NCBI RefSeq assembly: GCF_000015585.1
Contig: NC_008789.1
Coordinates: 150,001 to 182,000 of the forward strand
Source: Halorhodospira halophila SL1
Lineage (GTDB): Bacteria > Pseudomonadota > Gammaproteobacteria > Nitrococcales > Halorhodospiraceae
Direction: 5' to 3'
DNA length: 32,000 nucleotides
The translations under genes were made by a program, and so were the position numbers. This document shows positions 23,419 to 32,000 of this stretch, piece by piece (the stretch's first letter is position 1; each line of letters begins with the position of its first letter). The notes under the pieces were generated by a model. That model saw only the letters and a program-made list of their open reading frames with translations, did not search any database and was not told where the DNA came from.

Positions 23419-23470
23419 ACCATACCCCAACAGCCCCTCCGGTGCGAAGCCCTTCCAAGACTCCGCCGGT

Positions 23471-24319
23471 CTAACAGCCTCGCTCGGTGAGCGCCTCCAG
23501 CACTGTAGGCAAATCGCCGGGCAGCGGCGGCGCCGCACCTAGCTCCCGGCTCGGATGGCCGGGGCCGTGGAAATCCGATCCGATCGAGGCCAACAAGCGG
23601 TAGCGCCGGCACCAGCCACCGAGTTGCTGCACCTGCCGCGGCTCGGGTGAGGTCCCGCAGGAGACCTCCATACCCTCTCCACCGGCGGCGGCAAAGGCAT
23701 CGAGCACCCGGCGGATCCAGGCACCCGTCAGGTCGTAGCCGAGTGGATGGGCCAGCACCGCGATCCCGCCGGCCCCGCGGATCCACTCGATCCCCTCCTC
23801 CATCGCCACCCAGTCACCGTGGACATAACCCACCCGTCCCCGGCGCAGATACCTCCGGAACGCCTCCTCGTAACCACGCACCTTGCCGTTGTCGACCATC
23901 CACCGCGCGTAGTGCGCCCGCGTGATATCCGCCGCCCCCGCCGCGGCCCGCGCGCCTTCCCGCGCACCACTGAGCCCGGCACGCTCCAGACGCTCGCCGA
24001 TGGCCTCGCCACGCAGCTGCCGGGCCCGCTGCATCTGCGCCAGACCAGCCTTTAGTCCCGGCTCGTCGGGATCAACGCCGAGGCCGACCACATGAAAGGT
24101 CCGCCCCTGCCAGAGCACCGACAGCTCCAGGCCGGCAACCAACCGGAGCCCCAGGGGTGCGGCCGCCGCCCGCGCCTCCTCGATCCCCGCAACGGTGTCG
24201 TGGTCGGTTAGGGCCAGGGTCTCCACCCCCCGCTCCGCGGCGCGATGGACGACGGCCGCGGGGGCCAGGTGACCGTCCGAGGCCGAAGAGTGGCAGTGCA
24301 GGTCTTGGCAAGCGCTCAT
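23471..24319 (-). CDS. trpH: PHP-domain phosphoesterase (TrpH/YciV family)
   Basis: Starting at ATG 24317-24319 gives MSACQDLHCHSSASDGHLAPAAVVHRAAERGVETLALTDHDTVAGI, the PHP motif I/II. Later motifs are AHP and GSDFHGP. The ATG overlaps the ABC gene stop (ATGA at 24316-24319). Confidence 0.85.
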   Translation of the reverse strand: MSACQDLHCHSSASDGHLAPAAVVHRAAERGVETLALTDHDTVAGIEEARAAAAPLGLRLVAGLELSVLWQGRTFHVVGLGVDPDEPGLKAGLAQMQRARQLRGEAIGERLERAGLSGAREGARAAAGAADITRAHYARWMVDNGKVRGYEEAFRRYLRRGRVGYVHGDWVAMEEGIEWIRGAGGIAVLAHPLGYDLTGAWIRRVLDAFAAAGGEGMEVSCGTSPEPRQVQQLGGWCRRYRLLASIGSDFHGPGHPSRELGAAPPLPGDLPTVLEALTERGC

Positions 24320-26157
24320 CGAATCACGCCCTCCTGGTAGCGCCATAGACGGGCGTAGGCGCCGTCGCGCTCGAGCAGTTCACGGTGGGTCCCCGCCTCG
24401 ATGATCTGGCCGCCATCGATCAACAGGATCTGATCGGCATCCTGAATGGTCGACAGGCGGTGGGCAATGGCCAGCGTCGTGCGCTGCGCCGCCACCTCCT
24501 GCAACGTCGCCAGAATGGCCCGCTCCGCCGCCGAATCCAACGACGAGGTCGCCTCATCGAGGATCAGCAGCGGCGGATCCTTGAGCAGCACCCGGGCGAT
24601 GGCGATGCGCTGCTTCTCGCCTCCGGAAACCTTCAGACCCCGCTCACCGACCAGCGTATCCAGCCCGTTGGGCAGCTCGCGGATGAAGCCGTCGAGGTGC
24701 GCCCGGCGCACCACCTCACGGATCTCCGCCTCACTGGCATCGGGTCGGCCGTAGGCGATGTTGTAGCGGATGGTGTCGTTGAACAGCACGGTATCCTGCG
24801 GCACCACGCCAATGGCCGCACGCAGGCTGTGCTGGGTCACATCGCGCAGATCCTGACCGTTGACGGTGATCCGCCCGGCATCGACGTCGTAGAACCGGAA
24901 CAGCAGCCGCGCGATGGTCGATTTGCCCGCCCCGCTCGGCCCCACCAGGGCCACCTTCTGGCCCGGCTCGACGGTGAAGCTCACCCCCCGCAGGATGGGC
25001 CGATCCGGCTGATAACCGAAGCGGACCCCTTCGAAGCGGATCCGCCCGCCATCCGGCGCCAGGTGCGCCGCATCCTCCCGATCCGGCACCCCCGGGTGCT
25101 GATCCATGAGGCCGAACATGCGTTCAATGTTGATCAGCGATTCACGCATCTCCCGGTAGACGAACCCCAGGTTATTGAGGGGGATGAACAGCTGGAGGAG
25201 GTAGGCGTTGATCATGGTCAGATCACCCAGGCTCATCCGCCCCTCCAGCACCTGGAACGTCGCCATGCCCATCATCACGGTGATCGCCGCAGCGACGATG
25301 AACGCCTGACCGGAGTTGAGTGCCGCCAGGGAGAGACGGTGCTTGATCCGCGCCTGCTCCCAGGCGGCCAGGTCGCGATCGTAGCGCTCCGCCTCGTAAC
25401 GCTCCGCGTTGAAGTACTTCACCGTCTCGTAATTGAGCAGGCTGTCGACGGCCCGGGTGTTCGACTGGTTGTCCATCTCGTTGGCCTCGCGCACGAAGCG
25501 CGTACGCCACTCGGTGACGGCCAGAGAGAAGGCGATGTAGAAGATCACGGCCAGCACCACCGTCACCACGAACCCCCAATCGAAGGCGACGGCCAGGATC
25601 AGCGCCACCAGCAGCACTTCGAGCAGCGTGGGGACAATGTTGAAGACCAGCGTACGCATCAGGAACGACATCCCACTGGTGCCGCGCTCGATATCCCGCG
25701 CCAGAGCGCCGGTGCGCCGGGCCAGGTGGAACCCCAGGTCGAGTCGGTGGAGATGCTCGAAGACGCGCAGCGCCGCGCGCCGCATGGTCCGCTCGGCCAC
25801 CCGGGCGAAGACCGCATCACGCAACTCCTGGAACAACGTTGAGGAGAAGCGCAGCAGCCCGTAGCCGACCACCAGCGCCAGCGGCACAAACAGCGCGGCC
25901 TCGGTGCCGCGCACCTCGTCGAGGTGATCGACGAGGAACTTGAGCGCCACCGGGACGAGCACGTTGGCGAGCTTGGCCAGCACCAGCAGGCCAAGCGCCA
26001 GGAGAGCTCGGTTGCGGAATTCGTTCAGGTAAGGCAGGAGACTGGCGATGATCCGCCAGTTGGGACGCTCACCGGTATAGTCGTTCTTCCTGAACTTGCG
26101 CAAGATAGACCCCGGCTCGAATGGCCTGCCTATCCTACTGGGTCCGCCTCCCGTCAC
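24316..26157 (-). CDS. ABC transporter permease/ATPase fusion, ABCB7/Atm1-type exporter-like
   Basis: 613 aa with a six-helix TMD followed by an NBD. NBD motifs are Walker A GPSGAGKST, LFRFYDVDAGRITVNGQDL, signature VSGGEKQRIAIAR and Walker B LLILDEATSSLD. The NBD closely resembles bacterial Atm1-type exporters as I recall them. Confidence 0.88.
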   Translation of the reverse strand: MTGGGPSRIGRPFEPGSILRKFRKNDYTGERPNWRIIASLLPYLNEFRNRALLALGLLVLAKLANVLVPVALKFLVDHLDEVRGTEAALFVPLALVVGYGLLRFSSTLFQELRDAVFARVAERTMRRAALRVFEHLHRLDLGFHLARRTGALARDIERGTSGMSFLMRTLVFNIVPTLLEVLLVALILAVAFDWGFVVTVVLAVIFYIAFSLAVTEWRTRFVREANEMDNQSNTRAVDSLLNYETVKYFNAERYEAERYDRDLAAWEQARIKHRLSLAALNSGQAFIVAAAITVMMGMATFQVLEGRMSLGDLTMINAYLLQLFIPLNNLGFVYREMRESLINIERMFGLMDQHPGVPDREDAAHLAPDGGRIRFEGVRFGYQPDRPILRGVSFTVEPGQKVALVGPSGAGKSTIARLLFRFYDVDAGRITVNGQDLRDVTQHSLRAAIGVVPQDTVLFNDTIRYNIAYGRPDASEAEIREVVRRAHLDGFIRELPNGLDTLVGERGLKVSGGEKQRIAIARVLLKDPPLLILDEATSSLDSAAERAILATLQEVAAQRTTLAIAHRLSTIQDADQILLIDGGQIIEAGTHRELLERDGAYARLWRYQEGVIR

Positions 26158-26255
26158 GCCAGCCGCCCACGCCGGCGATCGTATCGGGCGGGGCGGCGAT
26201 GCTGTTAGACTGGGCGGTTACCAGTTAGCGGCAAGCGCTTGAGAGGCGCGGCAGC

Positions 26256-26696
26256 ATGCAGTACCTGCACACCATGGTCCGGGTCAGCGACTTGGAGACC
26301 TCTCTCGATTTCTACTGCAACCAGCTCGGGCTGGTCGAGATCAGTCGCCGCGAGAGCGAGCGCGGGCGGTTCACCCTGGTCTTTCTCGCGGCCCCGGACG
26401 ACGCCGAGCGGGCCAAGAGCGAAAAGGCCCCGATGCTGGAGCTGACCTGGAACTGGGACCCGGAGACCTACACAGGCGGCCGCAACTTCGGCCACCTGGC
26501 CTATCGGGTCGAGGACATCTACGCCACCTGCCAACGTCTGATGGACGCTGGCATCACCATCAATCGCCCGCCCCGGGACGGCCACATGGCCTTCATCCGC
26601 TCCCCGGACGGGATCTCCATCGAGCTGCTGCAGGCCGGTGACCCCCTGCCCGAGCAGGACCCCTGGGCCTCGATGCAAAACACGGGAACCTGGTAA
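26256..26696 (+). CDS. gloA: Lactoylglutathione lyase (glyoxalase I), VOC superfamily
   Basis: [26 protein letters not shown] ... LELTWNWD ... [22 protein letters not shown] ... [13 protein letters not shown] parallels E. coli GloA ([20 protein letters not shown]...). Confidence 0.82.
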   Translation: MQYLHTMVRVSDLETSLDFYCNQLGLVEISRRESERGRFTLVFLAAPDDAERAKSEKAPMLELTWNWDPETYTGGRNFGHLAYRVEDIYATCQRLMDAGITINRPPRDGHMAFIRSPDGISIELLQAGDPLPEQDPWASMQNTGTW

Positions 26697-26701
26697 ACCG
26701 A

Positions 26702-28519
26702 ATGGTCGAAAACCTCCGCAACATCGCCATCATCGCCCACGTCGATCACGGCAAGACGACCCTGGTCGATCAGCTGCTCCAGCAGTCCGGCACCCTCGAC
26801 GCCCGCGGCGGAGACGCCGAGCGGGTGATGGACAGCGACGACCTCGAGCGCGAGCGGGGCATCACCATCCTCTCCAAGAACACCGCCATTGACTGGCAGG
26901 GGTATCGGATCAACATCGTCGATACCCCCGGCCACGCGGACTTCGGCGGCGAGGTGGAACGGGTGCTCTCCATGGCCGACTCCGTCCTTCTGCTCGTCGA
27001 TGCCCAGGACGGTCCGATGCCGCAGACCCGCTTCGTCACTGAGAAGGCGTTCGCCCTCGGCCTACAGCCGATCGTCGTGGTCAACAAGATCGACCGCCCC
27101 GGCGCACGGCCCAACTGGGTGATCGATCAGACCTTCGACCTGTTCGCCGATCTGGGCGCCACCGAGGAGCAGCTGGATTTTCCGGTGATCTACGCCTCGG
27201 CCCTGGGCGGCTACGCCGGCGAGGAGCCGAACATCGACAGCGGCGATATGACCCCGCTGTTCCAGACCATCGTCGATCAGGTGCGCCCGCCGCAGGTGGA
27301 CAGCGACGGCCCCTTCCAGATGCAGATCACCACCCTGGACTACTCCAAGTATCTGGGCCAGATCGGCATCGGCCGGATCAAGCGGGGCCAGGTCACGCCG
27401 GGTACCTCGGTCACCGTGGTCGACCGGGAAGGCAACGAGCGCAGCGGGCGCGTCCAGACCCTGCTCGGCTTTCTGGGCTTGGAGCGGGTCGAGATCGAGT
27501 CCGCCGATGCGGGCAACCTGGTGGCCATCACCGGCATCGATCCGCTGGATATCTCCGATACCCTGTGCGACCCACAGCAGGTCGAGGCCCTGCCGGCGCT
27601 GACCGTGGACGAGCCGACGGTGAGCATGGGCTTCGAGGTCAACAAATCACCGTTCGCCGGCCGCGAGGGGCGCTACGTGACCAGCCGCCAGATCCGCGAG
27701 CGTCTCGACCGGGAGCTCAAGTCCAACGTCGCGCTGCGCGTCGAGGCCACCGACGATCCGGACCGCTTCCACGTCTCCGGCCGTGGGCTCCTGCACCTGT
27801 CCGTGGTACTCGAAAACATGCGCCGCGAAGGCTACGAGATTGCCGTCTCGCGCCCGGCCGTGATCACCCGCACGGGCGAGGACGGGCGCACCGAGGAGCC
27901 GTACGAACACCTGGTCGCCGACATCGAGAGCGATCACCAGGGCGCGGTCATCGATGCCCTCAACGAACGCGGCGGCCGCCTCCAGGACATGCAGGTCGAC
28001 AGCAATGGCCGCGTCCGCCTGGAGTACACCATCCCGGCGCGGGGGCTGATCGGTTTCCAGACGGATTTCATGAGCCTCACCTCCGGGACCGGCATCCTCA
28101 CCCACGTCTTCGACCACTACGGCCCCCGCAGCGACAAGGAGGTTGGCCAGCGCCGCGAGGGCGCGATGATCTCCGGCAACGACGGCAAGGCGGTGGCCTA
28201 CGCCCTGTTCAACCTGCAGGAGCGGGGGCGGCTGATGGTCTCGCCCAACGACCCCGTCTACGAGGGCATGCTCATCGGCCTGAACAGCCGTGACGCGGAC
28301 ATGACGGTCAACCCGCTGAAGGCCAAGGAGCTCACCAACGTCCGGGCGGCCGGCAGCGACGAGAACGTGATCCTCACCCCGCCCATGCAGCTGACGCTGG
28401 AGTACGCCCTGGAGCTGATCAACGACGACGAGCTGGTCGAGATCACACCGCAGTCGATCCGCCTGCGTAAGCGGCTGCTGACCGAGAGCGAGCGTAAGCG
28501 CCACAAGCGGGCGAGCTAA
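26702..28519 (+). CDS. typA: Translational GTPase TypA/BipA
   Basis: The translation is [23 protein letters not shown] ... [13 protein letters not shown] ... [18 protein letters not shown] ... [11 protein letters not shown]-like domains and the BipA-specific C-terminal domain follow. 605 aa. Confidence 0.96.
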   Translation: MVENLRNIAIIAHVDHGKTTLVDQLLQQSGTLDARGGDAERVMDSDDLERERGITILSKNTAIDWQGYRINIVDTPGHADFGGEVERVLSMADSVLLLVDAQDGPMPQTRFVTEKAFALGLQPIVVVNKIDRPGARPNWVIDQTFDLFADLGATEEQLDFPVIYASALGGYAGEEPNIDSGDMTPLFQTIVDQVRPPQVDSDGPFQMQITTLDYSKYLGQIGIGRIKRGQVTPGTSVTVVDREGNERSGRVQTLLGFLGLERVEIESADAGNLVAITGIDPLDISDTLCDPQQVEALPALTVDEPTVSMGFEVNKSPFAGREGRYVTSRQIRERLDRELKSNVALRVEATDDPDRFHVSGRGLLHLSVVLENMRREGYEIAVSRPAVITRTGEDGRTEEPYEHLVADIESDHQGAVIDALNERGGRLQDMQVDSNGRVRLEYTIPARGLIGFQTDFMSLTSGTGILTHVFDHYGPRSDKEVGQRREGAMISGNDGKAVAYALFNLQERGRLMVSPNDPVYEGMLIGLNSRDADMTVNPLKAKELTNVRAAGSDENVILTPPMQLTLEYALELINDDELVEITPQSIRLRKRLLTESERKRHKRAS

Positions 28520-30465
28520 CGGTCACCGGACCGGTGGTGGACCTCGGCGTCGAGGCGCAGCGCGCCCTCGGCGTCGAGGATCACCTGCCGCCCCCAGATC
28601 CGGACGCCGCCCTGGGCGTCCACGGTGATGCCGGCGGAGCCGGCGGTGTTGCGCAGCGTCACCACCCCTCCACGGCTGCGGAGGACGATATCCTCGCCCG
28701 CCGCCAGGCGGAGATCGCCGCGCTCCACCTGCCAGCAGCCATCGCCCTGCCGAGTCCGCAAGCGGGTTCCGTCGGCCGCCAGGACCTGCAGCACCTTGCC
28801 GGCGTGTAGGCGCAACTCGCGCCCAGCCCGGGCGGTGAGCGAGTCGTGGCCGCCGAGCCGTGCCTGCCCGGCCACCTGGAACGAACTCGTCTGCTCGCTG
28901 CGCCCCTCGACCCCGCCTTGCGCAGCAACCCGCCGGTCTCCGGCGACCCGTTCGCGGCGCTCTCCGCCGGCCCGCTCACGGATCCCCCCCGCGCCGGCAC
29001 GCAGACCCAGCGGCCCCGCTCCGGCATCCAGCTCCGCACCATCCCCGTGGTCCCCGTTGCCACGCGTCACGGCGACCCGGGGCGAACCACCCCCCGCATC
29101 GAGAACCACCGCCGATAGGTGCCCCTCACCGCAACGTCCGGCCCCGGGCAGGAGCAGCCGACGCCCTCCCGGCGTGGTATAGGCCCCCGCTTGGCCCCGG
29201 CTCTCCGCCCCGGGGTGATCCTGACCGGCCACCGGCAGGCTGCCCAGGATCACCGCCGCATCGGGATCGCCGTCGAGACAGCCCACCAGCACCCGCTCCC
29301 CGTCGACCAGCGGCACGTGCCAGGCGCCACGGCGCGCGCCGTGCGGCAGCGGCATCAGCCGCACCACGGACTCGGGCAGATACAGACCGCTGCGTTGCGC
29401 CTCCGCCCCCCGGCTCCCGTCGGCGCAGACCCGCGCTGGGATCGGTAGGTTGCGCGGGCATCGCGCCGGTTCCAGCGGCCGGTACGGCAGCGCCGCGTCA
29501 CCGACGATCTCCGGTACCGCCTCCAGCTCGGCCCGGTACTCCCCGCCACCGCCCGGCGCATCGGCCGTGCACGTCAGCCGGTGCCGGACCCGGGTAATCA
29601 GGCACCAGCGCCCCCAGTCGGCGACTTCGCGCCCGCCGTCCTCGGCGGCCACGACCACCGGGACCCGGAATCCGGCCCCCAGGCCGGCGCGCCGTGTCGC
29701 CACGTCCAGCCAGGCCTGACGAACGGCCTGCGCCTGTCGTCGCACCCGCATCCAGTGCGCCTTAACGTCGCCGTCCAGCCCGACGGGTGCGGGCCGTGGT
29801 GGGTGGGCGGGCTGCATGCGGTAACGCCATCCCGGCTCCGCCGTGCCCCTCGCCGGATCCGTCCCCGGCAGCCGCAGTTCCGTCTCGGCACAAGGGAACC
29901 CGGATGCGCTGTCGGTCAGCAGTGGCTGCTCACGCGCCCCATCCAGCCAGCCGAGGGTGACCCCGGCCTGGGCCCACAACCGCTGCAACAGCGCCAAATC
30001 GCTCTCACCGGCCTGCAGCACCCCGCACCGCCAGGCCGGCGCCTCATGCACCCGCCAACGCGGATCGGCCCACTCGTAGCCAACGGCGGACAACCAGCAC
30101 CGGGTGAGATCCTCCAAATGGACCCGGGGGAAGAACCGATGATCGGCCCGGTTTGCCAGCTGCACCAAGCCAGGCTCGATAACCGCCTCGAACCGGTCCG
30201 CGCTGCTCCGCGTACCCGGACCGGTCTGCCAGGCGGTCACACGCCCGGCCAGCGAGCGCGCGCCCCCGAGACCATCCCCCCAGCGCAACCGTGCCGGCTG
30301 ACCGAGGAGTTCCAGGCCGCCCTCGAGGCCTCCATCCCCCCGCCCGGTCACCCGGAACCGGAAGGGCCGCGAGAGCGCCTCCTCCCCCTCGAGCCGTCGC
30401 AGGAGCAAGCGCATCCCCGCGACCTCCAGCTCGGCCCAAGGCCGCGGCTGCGGCGGCCCGCCCAT
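28516..30465 (-). CDS. vgrG: VgrG-family spike protein (T6SS/Rhs-element Vgr type), complete, about 649 aa
   Basis: The N-terminus LRRLEGEEALSRPFRFRV is the typical Vgr start. The gp5-like OB-fold region is GAWHVPLVDGERVLVGCLDGDPDAAVILGSLP. A C-terminal repetitive beta-helix follows (GCWQVERGDLRLAAGEDIVLRS...GITVDAQGGVRIWG). ATG at 30463-30465 has GGAGG 7 nt upstream and overlaps the upstream vgrG stop. Confidence 0.82.
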   Translation of the reverse strand: MGGPPQPRPWAELEVAGMRLLLRRLEGEEALSRPFRFRVTGRGDGGLEGGLELLGQPARLRWGDGLGGARSLAGRVTAWQTGPGTRSSADRFEAVIEPGLVQLANRADHRFFPRVHLEDLTRCWLSAVGYEWADPRWRVHEAPAWRCGVLQAGESDLALLQRLWAQAGVTLGWLDGAREQPLLTDSASGFPCAETELRLPGTDPARGTAEPGWRYRMQPAHPPRPAPVGLDGDVKAHWMRVRRQAQAVRQAWLDVATRRAGLGAGFRVPVVVAAEDGGREVADWGRWCLITRVRHRLTCTADAPGGGGEYRAELEAVPEIVGDAALPYRPLEPARCPRNLPIPARVCADGSRGAEAQRSGLYLPESVVRLMPLPHGARRGAWHVPLVDGERVLVGCLDGDPDAAVILGSLPVAGQDHPGAESRGQAGAYTTPGGRRLLLPGAGRCGEGHLSAVVLDAGGGSPRVAVTRGNGDHGDGAELDAGAGPLGLRAGAGGIRERAGGERRERVAGDRRVAAQGGVEGRSEQTSSFQVAGQARLGGHDSLTARAGRELRLHAGKVLQVLAADGTRLRTRQGDGCWQVERGDLRLAAGEDIVLRSRGGVVTLRNTAGSAGITVDAQGGVRIWGRQVILDAEGALRLDAEVHHRSGDR

Positions 30466-32000
30466 CACCGCCCCTCCTCGATGCGGTCGGCAGCGATCAC
30501 CAATTGCTCGGCGCTGAGCTCAATGTGCCGCCCCTCGACATAGACCGCACCACTGTCCTCGATGCGCAGCCCGAAGCCGTCGCCGAGCTGCAGACAGCCG
30601 CCCCCGGTGCTGACCAGGGCGACGTCGCCGGCCGCCTCCAGGCGCAGCGCGCCCGATTCAACCTGCCAGTCGCCCGCACCCTGTCGGGCGATCAACCGCA
30701 ATCCTGATCCCGCATCCAGCGACACCTGACGCCCCGCCTTCAGGGCCACTTCCCCGTCTGGCGCCTCGTGCAGCAGATCCCCCGCGCCGGTCTCCAGATG
30801 CAGGGTGTCGCCGGCAAACCAGTGCAACGCGCCGTCCTCCGTCTCCAGGTGGTAGCTCCCTTCGACCTCCACCCGATAGGCCCCGGCCACATCGAGCCGC
30901 TGATCGCCACCGCTGCGCACGCGCTGTTCTCCGCCGCTGGCCAGCTCGAGATAACCGTTGGGGGCCTCCAGCGTTGCCCCGGGGGCCTCCTCGTGCCCCT
31001 CCAGACTCAGTCGCGCGGCCTCGCCCACGGCCAGCTCCGCCCCCTCGGCCCCGGGCCGGTCGTCCAGCAGCAGGCGCTGCCCGGCCGCGGTCCGCAGCAG
31101 GTGCTGGTGGGGATTGCGGTCCGTCACGGGACCGGGCTGATCCTGACTGCTCAGGGCCCCCAGGATCACTGGCTGTTCCAGGTCGCCGTGCAACCCCGCC
31201 ACCGCCACGCGCGTCCCGGGCAGCAGGGGCAAGTGCAGGCCGTGCTGCGCACCGGCGCTCGGCTGGACGGCCCAGACCGGCGGCCCCGGTGGGGCTGCCT
31301 CGACCCCATCGGCCGCCTCGGCCTCGTCGAACAGGCGAATCCGGTACGCCCCGGCCTCGTCGACCTCGGCGCGCTCCGGATCCCCGCCAGCGACCCATGC
31401 CACGGCGACCCCCGGGATCGCGGGTGCAGGCACCGGGGCCGGCCGGTAACCGGGGTCGAGCGGCAGGAGCTCCACCCGCCCCCGGTAGTCCACCCGATCC
31501 GCACCACCACCGCCGTGAATCGCCGCGGCCTGGTCCCCCTCGTGCTCGGCGCGGTAGACCCAGTAAGCGCCATTGAGCGAAGCCTCCGGATGCCCGGAGA
31601 TGACCACCCGCATCCCGGGCAGCAACGGCGTCGCCACGACCGCCTCGATACGGCAGCGCTGGGCCGCGGAGGCCTCGTGCACGGCCTCGGCCCACTCTGC
31701 ATGGGCCGACTCACCACCCGCCGTGACCCCGTGGAGCCCCAACTCCATCGGACTGTCCTCCGCGGCGTCGGTGCCTGCCGTGGCGGGACGCCCGCGGTCG
31801 GGCAACGCCGGATCGAAACCGCCGACCCGCACCTGCCCCGGCTGCAGCGTCCAGCGGCGGGAGACCTCGGAGACGGTCGCCCGGGTGGTCGGGGTCGGCC
31901 CACCGCCCGGGCGCCAGGTCAGCGCCGCCGCGTCGAGTTCGGCCTGCGCCAGATGATCGACGATGCGGACCTCTGGCCGCCCACCGGCATCCCGCACCAC
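30465..32000 (-). CDS. vgrG: VgrG-family spike protein, 5' end outside the window (511 aa visible)
   Basis: The gp27-like region is LLPGMRVVISGHPEASLNGAYWVYRAEHEGDQ. The gp5 OB-fold is GLHLPLLPGTRVAVAGLHGDLEQPVILGALSS ... HLLRTAAGQRLLLDD. A beta-helix follows (GDWQVESGALRLEAAGDVALVS...). The ORF is open to the window edge. Confidence 0.85.
   Translation of the reverse strand: MVRDAGGRPEVRIVDHLAQAELDAAALTWRPGGGPTPTTRATVSEVSRRWTLQPGQVRVGGFDPALPDRGRPATAGTDAAEDSPMELGLHGVTAGGESAHAEWAEAVHEASAAQRCRIEAVVATPLLPGMRVVISGHPEASLNGAYWVYRAEHEGDQAAAIHGGGGADRVDYRGRVELLPLDPGYRPAPVPAPAIPGVAVAWVAGGDPERAEVDEAGAYRIRLFDEAEAADGVEAAPPGPPVWAVQPSAGAQHGLHLPLLPGTRVAVAGLHGDLEQPVILGALSSQDQPGPVTDRNPHQHLLRTAAGQRLLLDDRPGAEGAELAVGEAARLSLEGHEEAPGATLEAPNGYLELASGGEQRVRSGGDQRLDVAGAYRVEVEGSYHLETEDGALHWFAGDTLHLETGAGDLLHEAPDGEVALKAGRQVSLDAGSGLRLIARQGAGDWQVESGALRLEAAGDVALVSTGGGCLQLGDGFGLRIEDSGAVYVEGRHIELSAEQLVIAADRIEEGR

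Noticed and set aside
1-32000. I scanned for CRISPR arrays, tRNA/rRNA genes, transposases, integrases, toxin-antitoxin pairs and long direct or inverted repeats marking mobile elements.
   Set aside because: None were seen. The only accessory-looking content is the vgrG pair at the right edge, and it has no visible mobility genes inside the window.

Overview
GC-rich proteobacterial chromosomal segment with strong third-position GC bias. It looks gammaproteobacterial, but that is inference only. Genes sit in short operons, many with overlapping stop and start codons. About 25 CDSs are supportable. Left to right they are: a Nu-class GST; ispG; a cluster-less Rrf2 regulator; a minus-strand MBL hydrolase / acyl-CoA ligase / thiD operon; a periplasmic PQQ sugar dehydrogenase; uup; one orphan hypothetical; a membrane cytochrome-c-domain protein with an Fe-alcohol dehydrogenase; a five-gene atypical Hsp70 module; a secreted tricorn-like protease; an octaheme cytochrome c with a cytochrome b; an Atm1-like ABC exporter with trpH; gloA; typA; and two tandem vgrG genes, the second running off the window edge. 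I saw no rRNA, tRNA, CRISPR array, transposase or integrase. Most other ORFs in the six-frame track are shadow ORFs typical of high-GC DNA. The best candidate for an undescribed system is the tightly packed operon at 12134-17415, whose last four genes have overlapping stop and start codons. It encodes a 754-aa TPR-like protein, a minimal J-like protein whose HPD motif reads PPE, a GrpE-like exchange factor, a short-lid Hsp70 paralogue with an altered substrate-binding loop, and a small zinc-ribbon protein. This is clearly not a housekeeping grpE-dnaK-dnaJ arrangement. Secondary points of interest are the two vgrG paralogues that butt directly onto typA with no adaptor, effector or PAAR genes visible; an OTR-family octaheme cytochrome with a C-terminal membrane anchor and an upstream SD-sequestering hairpin; and a tricorn-like protease carrying an acidic proline-rich insertion.
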